This document shows, piece by piece, positions 15,195 through 23,364 of a DNA stretch of 24,000 bases. The stretch comes from an uncultured Polycyclovorans sp. (GTDB taxonomy: Bacteria > Pseudomonadota > Gammaproteobacteria > Nevskiales > Nevskiaceae): the NCBI GenBank assembly GCA_963973915.1, contig CAXBBM010000003.1, forward strand, positions 99,003 to 123,002, read 5' to 3'. The notes under the pieces are model-generated. The model did not search any database and had not been told where the DNA came from. It saw only the letters and a program-made list of their open reading frames with translations. A program made the position numbers and the translations under genes. Every line of letters begins with the position of its first letter. Positions within the stretch are counted from its first letter, which is position 1.

Positions 15195-16373
15195 TCAGAT
15201 CGCCTTGGCCGCGCGCAGATCGGCGATGTCGGCGTCGCTGTAGGCGAGTTCTTGCAGGATCGCGCGCGTGTGCGCGCCGAGGGCCGGCACCGGGCCGAGC
15301 CGGACATCGTCGGCATCGCGTCGTCCCGGTGGAATCAGCACCGGAATTTCGCCGCCCGGAATCGGCACCCGGTCCCAGCGGCCGCGCGCGGCGAGTTGCG
15401 GGTGGTTCCAGACCTCGTGCACGTCGTTGATGCGGCCATTGGCGATGCCGGCCTCGTCGAGCCGGCGCACCAGTTCCCCGATGCCGATGTCCTTGAATGC
15501 CGCGGTCGCGATCTCGTCGATCTGTTCGCGATGTGCCACGCGCTGGGCGTTTCCGGCAAACCGCGCGTCGTCCGCCAGCTCCGGTTGCTGCAGCACGACG
15601 CGCGCAAACAGCTTCCACTCGCGGTCGTTCTGCACGCCCAACAGCACGCTGCCGCCGTCGCCGGCCGTGAACGGGCCATAGGGGTAGATCGTCGCGTGCG
15701 CCGCACCACTGCGCGGCGGCGGACTGGCGCCGTCCAGCCCGAAATACAAGGGGTAGCCCATCCACTCGGTCATCGACTCCAGCAGGGCGATGTCCACGCG
15801 CCGGCCGCGGCCGGTACGGCCGCGCTCCAGCAGCGCCGCGAGGATGCCGCTGTAGGCGTACATGCCGGCGGAAATGTCAGCGATGGAATTGCCGGCCTTG
15901 GCCGGTGCGTCGGCGGTGCCGGTGATCGACAGAAAACCGGATTCGGCCTGGATCAGCAGGTCGTAAGCCTTTTTCTCGACATAGGGACCGCTGTCGCCGT
16001 AGCCGGAGATGTCGCAGACGATGATGCGCGGATCGCGCGCCGACAGGGCCTCGTAGGACAGGCCCAGCCGCGCCGCCGCACCGGGGGCCAGGTTCTGCAC
16101 CAGCACGTCGGCCTTGGCCACCAGTTTCATCAGCGCGGCATTGGCCTGCGGGTGCTTGACGTCCAGCGTCAGGCTTTCCTTGCTGCGGTTGCACCAGGCG
16201 AAGTGCGAGGCCACCCCCCGCGCGCGCTGGTCATAGGCGCGGGCGAAGTCGCCGCCCTCGGGCCGTTCGATCTTGATGACACGCGCGCCGAGATCCGCGA
16301 GGTGTCGCGTTGCCAGCGGAGCCGCGATGGCGTGCTCAAGAGAGACGACCAGCAGGCCATCCAGCGGCAGCAT
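15195..16373 (-). CDS. Family III CoA-transferase (CaiB/BaiF family)
   Basis: Start trimmed to ATG 16373 (MLPLDGLLVVSLEHAIAAPLATRHLADLGARVIKIERPEGGDFAR...), giving 392 aa. The start shares one nucleotide with the upstream ACAD stop (TGATG). The 5' two-thirds of the 761-aa track ORF is an out-of-frame read-through of that ACAD. Confidence 0.88.
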   Translation of the reverse strand: MLPLDGLLVVSLEHAIAAPLATRHLADLGARVIKIERPEGGDFARAYDQRARGVASHFAWCNRSKESLTLDVKHPQANAALMKLVAKADVLVQNLAPGAAARLGLSYEALSARDPRIIVCDISGYGDSGPYVEKKAYDLLIQAESGFLSITGTADAPAKAGNSIADISAGMYAYSGILAALLERGRTGRGRRVDIALLESMTEWMGYPLYFGLDGASPPPRSGAAHATIYPYGPFTAGDGGSVLLGVQNDREWKLFARVVLQQPELADDARFAGNAQRVAHREQIDEIATAAFKDIGIGELVRRLDEAGIANGRINDVHEVWNHPQLAARGRWDRVPIPGGEIPVLIPPGRRDADDVRLGPVPALGAHTRAILQELAYSDADIADLRAAKAI

Positions 16374-17536
16374 CAGAACGACCTCGGCAGGCCGAGCACG
16401 TGTTCGGCCACGTACGAGAAGATCAGGTTGGTGGAGATCGGGGCGACCTGATACAGCCGCGTCTCGCGGAACTTGCGCTCGACGTGGTATTCCGACGCGA
16501 AGCCGAAACCGCCGTGGGTCTGCAGGCAGACGTTGGCGGCCTCGAACGAGGACTTGGCGGCCAGGTACTTGGCCATGTTGGCCTCCGCACCGCAGGGCTG
16601 GTGCGTGTCGAACAGCTCGCAGGCACGCCAGCGCATCAGGTTGGCCGCCTCGACCTCGATGAAGGACTCGGCGATCGGGAACTGCACGCCCTGGTTCTGG
16701 CCGATGGGCCGGTCGAAGACCACGCGATCGTTGGCGTAGCGCGTGGCGCGATCCACGAACCAGTAGCCGTCGCCAATGCACTCGGCGGCGATCAGGGTGC
16801 GCTCGGCGTTGAGGCCGTCGAGGATGTACTTGAAGCCCTGGCCTTCCCTGCCGATCAGGTTCTCCTCGGGAATCTCCAGGTTGTCGAAGAACACCTGGTT
16901 GGTCTCGTGGTTGACCATGTTCGGGATCAGGCGCATCTCCATGCCGTGGCCGACCGCCTGGTCGAGATGCACCATGAAGATCGACATGCCCTCGGACTTG
17001 CGCTTCACCTGGTCGATGGGCGTGGTGCGCGCGAGCAGGATCATCAGCTCCGAATGCTGCAGGCGCGAGATCCACACCTTCTGGCCGTTGACGACGTAGC
17101 GGTCGCCCTTCTTGACTGCCGTGGTCTTGAGCTTGGTGGTGTCGGTGCCGGTGGTCGGTTCGGTCACGGCCATGGACTGCAGGCGCCATTCGCCACTGGC
17201 GATCTTGGGCATGTACAACTGCTTCTGCTGCTCCGAGCCGTGACGCAGCAGGGTGCTCATGTTGTACATCTGCCCGTGGCAGGCACCCGCATTGCCGCCA
17301 CAACGGTTGATTTCCTCCATGACCACCGACGCCTCGGCCAGCCCCAGCCCCGAGCCGCCGTATTCCTGCGGAATCATCACCGACAGCCAGCCCGCTTCGG
17401 TCAGTGCCTTGATGAAGGCTTCCGGGTAGCCGCGCTGTTCGTCGATCTTCAGAAAATATTCGTCGGGGAAGCGGCTGCACAGGTCGCGCAGCGCATCGCG
17501 CATTTCCGGGAACCGCTCGTGTCGTTCAATGGGCAT
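16373..17536 (-). CDS. Acyl-CoA dehydrogenase
   Basis: 387 aa with typical ACAD architecture (QKQLYMPKIASGEWRLQSMAVTEPTTGTDT, VNGQKVWISR, HGGFGFASEYHVERKFRETRLYQVAPISTN). Confidence 0.9.
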   Translation of the reverse strand: MPIERHERFPEMRDALRDLCSRFPDEYFLKIDEQRGYPEAFIKALTEAGWLSVMIPQEYGGSGLGLAEASVVMEEINRCGGNAGACHGQMYNMSTLLRHGSEQQKQLYMPKIASGEWRLQSMAVTEPTTGTDTTKLKTTAVKKGDRYVVNGQKVWISRLQHSELMILLARTTPIDQVKRKSEGMSIFMVHLDQAVGHGMEMRLIPNMVNHETNQVFFDNLEIPEENLIGREGQGFKYILDGLNAERTLIAAECIGDGYWFVDRATRYANDRVVFDRPIGQNQGVQFPIAESFIEVEAANLMRWRACELFDTHQPCGAEANMAKYLAAKSSFEAANVCLQTHGGFGFASEYHVERKFRETRLYQVAPISTNLIFSYVAEHVLGLPRSF

Positions 17537-17572
17537 GAGTTGTGATGGGGGATTTCAGTGGTGGTGGAGGCA

Positions 17573-18028
17573 TCAGGCGGCGGCGCGCCGGCGCAGCAGG
17601 CGCAGCGGCGTGTAGACCAGCACATCGTGGCCGTGCTGGTTGATCACGCGGTTACGGCTGCGGACCAGGCCGCGGTCGCCCTTGGAGGTGGTGCGGGCCT
17701 CGATGACCTCGCACTCGACGTGAATGGTATCGCCCACGCAGGTGGGTGCGCGCACGTCAACATCGGCATGTAAAAACGCAAGGCCGGTGTGCTGGATGGC
17801 GGGGGTGAGCAGGCCCTCGGCGAAGCTCATGACCAACACGCCGGGCACGACCTTGGCCGGCAACGACAGGCCCTCGCGCGCCGCGTGGTTGGTGAACACT
17901 TCCTCGGTGAGCCAGGTCAGGTTCACGAAGCTGCCGAGGTCGGCCTCGGCCAGCGTGCGGCCGGCGCTGCGGAAGCGGAAACCGACGGGCAGATCTTCGA
18001 AGTGAAAGCCGATGCCGATGGTCTTCAT
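17573..18028 (-). CDS. MaoC-like (hotdog) acyl-CoA hydratase/dehydratase
   Basis: Start trimmed to ATG 18028 (MKTIGIGFHFEDLPVGFRFRSAGRTLAEADL...), giving 151 aa. ATGA overlap with the upstream CoA-transferase stop. Confidence 0.8.
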   Translation of the reverse strand: MKTIGIGFHFEDLPVGFRFRSAGRTLAEADLGSFVNLTWLTEEVFTNHAAREGLSLPAKVVPGVLVMSFAEGLLTPAIQHTGLAFLHADVDVRAPTCVGDTIHVECEVIEARTTSKGDRGLVRSRNRVINQHGHDVLVYTPLRLLRRRAAA

Positions 18029-19269
18029 GCCGCACCGTTTGCAACGGCAGGGGTCGCGACGCCGCCTTGGGTGACGGCCAGGATGGCCGCCTCGTCGTAG
18101 CCGATTTCGCGCAGCACCTCGGCCGTGTGCTCGCCCAGGCGCGGGGCGGGACGGGTAGGGCCGGGCGGGCTGTGCGACCAGGTGCTGGGCACCGACATCG
18201 ACAGCAGCGTGCCCTCGCTGGGGTGTTCGACCGGCGAGAAAAAGCCCACGGCGCGCAGATGCGGGTCGTCGAGCAGGCTGTCGGGCGTGTGCATGGGCAT
18301 GCAGGGAATGTCGGCCTCCTCCAGCGCCTGCATCCATTCGGCGGTGGTGCGCATCGGCATCTGCTCGGCGACGAAGCGGTACAGCGCGTCGATGTGCTGG
18401 GTGCGGGTGGTGAGGCTGGCGAGCCGGGGGTCGGCGTCGAACATCTGCGGTTGGCCGATCAGCGCGCAGAAGCTTTTCCACTGCCGGTTGGAGTAGATCA
18501 GGGCGCAGATGTGGCCGTCGCGCGTGGGGTAGGGCCGGCGTTCGTGTGCCAGCAGGCGCGCGTAGCCGGCCGGCCCCTCGGCGGGCACGAAACTGCGTCC
18601 ACCCAGGTGATCGCCCATGACGAACTGGGTCATGGTCTCGAACATCGGCACGTCGACGCTCTGGCCCTCGCCGCTGCGTTCGCGATGCAGCAGCGCGGCG
18701 AGAATCGCGCCCACCGCGCTGAGCCCGACCGTGCGGTCGGCGATGGTGGTGGGCACGTAACGCGGGGTCGGGCTGCCGGCCATCAGCGACAGCGCCGGCA
18801 GGCCGGCCGCGCCCTGGATCAGATCATCGTAGGCCGGTCGATCGCCATACGGACCCGCACGGCCATAGCCGAACACGCCGACATAAACGATGCGCGGATT
18901 GACCGCGCGCACTTCTTCGTACGACAGGCCCAGCCGCGCCATCGCCTGCGGACGCACGTTGTAGATCAGCACGTCCATGTTCTCAGCCAGGCGCAGCAGC
19001 GCGGCGCGCGCCTCGGGACGCTTGAGGTCGAGCACCATGCTGCGCTTGCCGCGATTGGCGTTGAGGAAGATCGCGCCCATGCCGGGCGAGCGCATCGGGC
19101 CGATGCCGCGTGTGCCGTCGCCCTCCGGCGGTTCGACCTTGAGCACCTCAGCCCCGTACTCCGCCAGAATCTGCGTGGCATAGGGCCCCATCAGCACCGT
19201 GGTCAGGTCGAGGACGCGCACACCGTTCAGGGGTCCGGACATGGTGTCGCGCTCAGCGTTGGTCAGCAT
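18025..19269 (-). CDS. Family III CoA-transferase (CaiB/BaiF family), second copy
   Basis: 414 aa: GPLNGVRVLDLTTVLMGPYATQILAEYGAEVLKVEPPEGD...AYDDLIQGAAGL. An alternative start is ATG 19242. Confidence 0.88.
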   Translation of the reverse strand: MLTNAERDTMSGPLNGVRVLDLTTVLMGPYATQILAEYGAEVLKVEPPEGDGTRGIGPMRSPGMGAIFLNANRGKRSMVLDLKRPEARAALLRLAENMDVLIYNVRPQAMARLGLSYEEVRAVNPRIVYVGVFGYGRAGPYGDRPAYDDLIQGAAGLPALSLMAGSPTPRYVPTTIADRTVGLSAVGAILAALLHRERSGEGQSVDVPMFETMTQFVMGDHLGGRSFVPAEGPAGYARLLAHERRPYPTRDGHICALIYSNRQWKSFCALIGQPQMFDADPRLASLTTRTQHIDALYRFVAEQMPMRTTAEWMQALEEADIPCMPMHTPDSLLDDPHLRAVGFFSPVEHPSEGTLLSMSVPSTWSHSPPGPTRPAPRLGEHTAEVLREIGYDEAAILAVTQGGVATPAVANGAA

Positions 19270-19278
19270 GGCAGCGCG

Positions 19279-20913
19279 TCATGGTGTCACGGCTTCTTCG
19301 GCAAACCGTTTCGCGGTTTCGCGCAGCTGGAATTTCTGGATCTTGCCGCTCGCGGTACGCGGAAAGCTCTCGACGATCTCCACGCGTTCGGGCCAGTAGT
19401 TGCGCGTCATGCCGGCCTCGCCCAGATAGGCGCGCAGCGTTGCAAGGTCGAAATGCTGGCCCGGTTTCAGACTCACGAAACAGCAGCCGGTCTCGCCCAG
19501 GCGCGGGTGCGGCATGCCGACCAGCGCCGCATCGACGATGGCCGGGTGCCGGTAGAGCAGGTTTTCCACCTCGACCACCGGCACGTTCTCGCCACCGCGG
19601 ATGATGATGTCCTTGCTGCGCCCGGTGATGCGGACGTAGCCATCGGCGTCGAGGCGCGCAAGATCGCCGGAGTCGAACCAGTCTTCGTCGTCCATGCCGT
19701 AGGCCTCAGGCTTGAGCAGATAGCCGAGAAAATTGGACGGCGAGTGAATCAGAAGCCGGCCTTCTTCCCCCACGGGAAGATCAACGCCATTGGCATCGAC
19801 GACCCGCACGCGCACCCCGGGCAGCGGTGAGCCGTCGGCGCTGAACACCTTTTCGGGCGGTGCCTCGGGCGCGGTGACGGTGACGGCCCCGTTCTCCGAC
19901 ATGCCGTAGACCGACAGCAGCTTGATGCCGAGGCGCGCCACCGCCTGTTCGGCCAGCGCGTGGGGAATCGGCGCGCCACCGCAGGCGAAGATGCGCAGCG
20001 CCACCTCGGAGGCCGGCGGTGCGGTGCTGACCGTCATCAGGTCGGCCAGAAACGGCGTCGCGGCCATGGTGAAGCTGCACTGCTGTTCCTGAATGATGGT
20101 CCAGGCGCGCGCCTTGTCCCACACGTCCATCAGCGACAGCGTGGTCTGCAGCACGATGGGCAGCCACATGCCATACAGAAAGCCGGTCTGGTGCGCCAGC
20201 GGCGAGCCCATGAACACGGCATCGCTGCCGGTCAGGCCCAGCCGTTCGATGTAGGGCAGCACATTGGCGAGCAGGGTGTTGGAGGAGTGCATCACGCCCT
20301 TGGGCATGCCGGTGGTGCCGGAGGTGTAGAGCAACTGCACGATCTCGTCAGCCGACAGCGGCGGATCGAGGGGCGGCGTGTCGCAGGCCGCCAGCAGGAC
20401 ATTCTCGAAGCCTTCGGCACCGTCGTCGCCGACCACCACCAGTTGCTTGAGGTGCGGCAGCCCCGGCCTCAGCGACCGGACCAACGCCGCATGATCAAAC
20501 CCGCGGAACAGCTTGGGCACGATGACCACGCGTGACTGCGCGTAGGCGAGCATGAACGACAGCTCGCGCTCGCGGAAAATCGGCATCATCGGATTGCTGA
20601 CCGCGCCGCTGCGCAGGCAGCCGAGGTGGATGGCCACGAATTCCCACCAGTTGGGCAACTGGAACGACACCACGTCGCCACGCTGCACGCCGAGTCGCAG
20701 CAGGTTGCCGGCAATGCGCCGGCTGGCATCGTCGAGTTCGCGATAGGTGATCGACCGCGGGGCCGAGCCCTCGCGAAAATCGTGGATGGCGACCCGGTCG
20801 GGATGGGCCGCCACGGCATCGTCAAAGAAACGCAGCATCGGAACGTCGCGCCACTCGCCGTTGCGGCGCAAGGTCTCGGCACGTGAGGCGCGAATGATGG
20901 GATCGAGAAGCAT
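19279..20913 (-). CDS. AMP-dependent acyl-CoA synthetase/ligase (cyclohexanecarboxylate-CoA ligase/FadD3-like subgroup by motif memory)
   Basis: Start trimmed to ATG 20913 with SD AGGAGA, giving 544 aa. It has the AMP-binding motif LLYTSGTTGMPKGV, FQLPNWWEF, and the C-terminal SGKIQKFQLR. Confidence 0.88.
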   Translation of the reverse strand: MLLDPIIRASRAETLRRNGEWRDVPMLRFFDDAVAAHPDRVAIHDFREGSAPRSITYRELDDASRRIAGNLLRLGVQRGDVVSFQLPNWWEFVAIHLGCLRSGAVSNPMMPIFRERELSFMLAYAQSRVVIVPKLFRGFDHAALVRSLRPGLPHLKQLVVVGDDGAEGFENVLLAACDTPPLDPPLSADEIVQLLYTSGTTGMPKGVMHSSNTLLANVLPYIERLGLTGSDAVFMGSPLAHQTGFLYGMWLPIVLQTTLSLMDVWDKARAWTIIQEQQCSFTMAATPFLADLMTVSTAPPASEVALRIFACGGAPIPHALAEQAVARLGIKLLSVYGMSENGAVTVTAPEAPPEKVFSADGSPLPGVRVRVVDANGVDLPVGEEGRLLIHSPSNFLGYLLKPEAYGMDDEDWFDSGDLARLDADGYVRITGRSKDIIIRGGENVPVVEVENLLYRHPAIVDAALVGMPHPRLGETGCCFVSLKPGQHFDLATLRAYLGEAGMTRNYWPERVEIVESFPRTASGKIQKFQLRETAKRFAEEAVTP

Positions 20914-20926
20914 CGGATTCTCCTGA

Positions 20927-22189
20927 TTATCGGCTGCTGGAAACATTCCGGCGTACATCACGGAACGGGATGTCGGTGTCGGTACTGGGTTCTCTGGGCA
21001 GGCCGAGCACGCGCTCGGCGATGATGTTGCGCTGGATCTCGTCGGTGCCGCCGGCAATGGAGCAGGCCGGCACCGAGACCAGGATTTCGGCGATCAGCCC
21101 CTGTTCCGGTCCATCCTCACCGGCCAGCATCGCCGCCGCGCCGCTGATGCTGGCGTGGGCACGCGCTGCGGCCCGGGCCAAGTTGCTGGCGGCCAGCTTG
21201 CCCAGCGAACCTTCCGCGCCCGGCGGCTGGCCGCTGGCACGGGCGGCGCGGGCGCGGGCGGCGGTCCACTCGGCGGCACGCTCGATCATCAGCGCGCGCG
21301 CCACGTCCTGGCGCACCACGGCATCGTCGATGCGGCCGGTGCGTTGCGCGCGTTCCAGCAGCAGGTCGGTACGGCCGGCGCGCTGGGCGTACCACTTGTA
21401 GGGCTCCATCACCGCGGCGTATTCGGCCTTGAGTTCTTCGTAGATGCGGCCCTCACCGAGTTGCAGCCGCCCCCAGTTGCGCATGGAGTCGGCCATGCGC
21501 CGCTCGTGTGCCAGCGTGGTCAGCGCCACCTTCCAGCCTTCGCCGAGCGGGCCGACCAGTCCGTCGCGGCCGATGCGCGCATCGGAGATGAAGACCTCGT
21601 TGAACGAGGCATAGCCGTTCATCTGCCGCAGCGGTCGTACCTCCACGCCGTCCTGGTGCATGGGCAGCACGAAAAAGCTCAGGCCGCGATGCTTGGGCAC
21701 GTTCCAGTCGGTGCGTGCCAGCAGGATGCCGTAATGCGCGTGCTGGGCGCTGGTGGTCCAGACCTTCTGGCCGGTCACGGTCCAGCCTTCGGCGTCCTCG
21801 GTCGCCCGCGTGGTCACGCCGGCAAGGTCCGAGCCGCTGCCGGGCTCGCTGAACAACTGGCACCAGGTGTCTTCGCCGGTCAGCAGGCGCGGCAGCAGGC
21901 GGCGCTTCTGATCGTCGGTGCCGTGTTCGAGCAGGGTGGCGGCCACCAGCAGGCGCACGCCGAACTGCGCGACGCTGACGGCGCCGACGGCGCGCATCTC
22001 GTCTTCGGCCACGGCGGCGAGCGCGGGCGACAGCCCGCGGCCAAACCACTGTTCTGGCCAGGACGGGCAGCCCCAGCCGGACTCGATCAGCCGGCGACGC
22101 CATTCGGCCAGGCCCAGTTCGGGGCTCCAGTTCTGCGCCAGCCAGGCGCGGACCTCGTCACGCACGGAGGCTTCGGTGGGGGGGCTCAC
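20927..22189 (-). CDS. Acyl-CoA dehydrogenase family protein (downstream member of an adjacent pair)
   Basis: 420 aa with a GTG start overlapping the upstream ACAD stop (GTGA): CQLFSEPGSGSDLAGVTTRA, VTGQKVWTTSAQHA, SIAGGTDEIQRNIIAERVLGLP. Confidence 0.88.
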   Translation of the reverse strand: MSPPTEASVRDEVRAWLAQNWSPELGLAEWRRRLIESGWGCPSWPEQWFGRGLSPALAAVAEDEMRAVGAVSVAQFGVRLLVAATLLEHGTDDQKRRLLPRLLTGEDTWCQLFSEPGSGSDLAGVTTRATEDAEGWTVTGQKVWTTSAQHAHYGILLARTDWNVPKHRGLSFFVLPMHQDGVEVRPLRQMNGYASFNEVFISDARIGRDGLVGPLGEGWKVALTTLAHERRMADSMRNWGRLQLGEGRIYEELKAEYAAVMEPYKWYAQRAGRTDLLLERAQRTGRIDDAVVRQDVARALMIERAAEWTAARARAARASGQPPGAEGSLGKLAASNLARAAARAHASISGAAAMLAGEDGPEQGLIAEILVSVPACSIAGGTDEIQRNIIAERVLGLPREPSTDTDIPFRDVRRNVSSSR

Positions 22190-23364
22190 GGGCGGTCTCC
22201 GGCGGTGCGTGCCGCAAGGCTCAGCACGTAGCGATCACGATGTTCGGCGGCGCTGCCGAGCAGTACCGACGAGCTCTGCGCGCGCTTGAAGTAAAGGTGG
22301 GTGTCGTGTTCCCAGGTGAAACCGATGCCACCGTGGAGCTGTACGGCCTCCCGCGCGGCGAGCATGAAGGCGTCGGACGCCAGCGCCTTGGCAACGGACG
22401 CGACCTCGCGCAGCGGGGAAGGATCTTCGGCGGCCCGTTCGCAGGCGCGGTAGGCCGCCGAGCGCGCAAACTCCACGTCCAGCAGCAGGTCGGCGAGTCG
22501 GTGCTTGATGGCCTGAAAGCTGCCGATGGGCCGCCCGAACTGGATCCGCATCTTGGCGTAGGACACCGTGGCGTCGAGCAGGGCCTGGGCGCCGCCCACC
22601 ATCTCGGACGCCAGCGCCGCCAGCGATTCATCCATGGCCCGGTCAAGACCGGGGCCTGCGGCGCCTTCCTCGCTGAGCAGCAGCGCTTCGGCGCCGGTGC
22701 ATTCCACGCGGGCCAGCCGTCGTGTGGGGTCAAGGCTGTTGAGCGCGCGAACCTGCAGGCCGGGCGCGCCCGCGCGCACCGCGAACAGCGACAGACCTTC
22801 GTGGTCATGGCTGCCGGGGGCGCGCGCCACCACCAGAATCAGATCGGCCACATGGCCGTCCAGCACGTAGGTTTTCACGCCGTCCAGGCGCCAGCCCCTG
22901 TCGGTCTTGCGGGCGGCGACGGTGGTGCGATGGGGGTCCCAGTGGCCGTCCGCTTCGGCCACCGCCAGGGTGGCGAGTTGGGTGCCGTCGCAGAGCTGCG
23001 GCAGCCATTCGTCCCGTGGCCCCGGCGCGGCGGCGTTCACCAGCGCGTTTGCCGCCAGCACCGATGAGGCCAGATAGGGCGCGCAGACGTTTGCGCGCCC
23101 CAGTTCCTCCATCACGATGCCCAGTTCGACCTGGCCAAAACCCTGACCGCCAAGCGACTCGGGCACCTGCACGCCAGACAGGCCCAGGTCGCTGCACAGG
23201 CCGTTCCACAGTTCGCGGTCAAGGCCGGTGTCGCTGGCCATCTGTTGGCGCGTCCGTGCGGTGGGGGCGTGCGTGCGGCAGAAGCGCGCAATGCTGTCGC
23301 GGAACTGTTGCTGCTCAGCGGTAAAGGCAAATTGCAGGGGAGGGTTGGCGACGGCGGCGTTCAT
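22186..23364 (-). CDS. Acyl-CoA dehydrogenase family protein (upstream member of an adjacent pair)
   Basis: Start trimmed to ATG 23364 (MNAAVANPPLQFAFTAEQQQFRDSI...), giving 392 aa. C-terminal LHGGIGFTWEHDTHLYFKRA. ATGA overlap with the upstream monooxygenase stop. Confidence 0.88.
   Translation of the reverse strand: MNAAVANPPLQFAFTAEQQQFRDSIARFCRTHAPTARTRQQMASDTGLDRELWNGLCSDLGLSGVQVPESLGGQGFGQVELGIVMEELGRANVCAPYLASSVLAANALVNAAAPGPRDEWLPQLCDGTQLATLAVAEADGHWDPHRTTVAARKTDRGWRLDGVKTYVLDGHVADLILVVARAPGSHDHEGLSLFAVRAGAPGLQVRALNSLDPTRRLARVECTGAEALLLSEEGAAGPGLDRAMDESLAALASEMVGGAQALLDATVSYAKMRIQFGRPIGSFQAIKHRLADLLLDVEFARSAAYRACERAAEDPSPLREVASVAKALASDAFMLAAREAVQLHGGIGFTWEHDTHLYFKRAQSSSVLLGSAAEHRDRYVLSLAARTAGDRP

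Noticed and set aside
15195-17480. 761-aa ORF in the track that looks like a giant fusion protein
   Set aside because: Only the C-terminal 392 aa (from ATG 16373) look like a real protein, a CaiB/BaiF CoA-transferase. The upstream part is Arg/Pro/Gly-rich and lies out of frame over the well-supported acyl-CoA dehydrogenase gene 16373-17536. It is a stop-free artefact of high GC.
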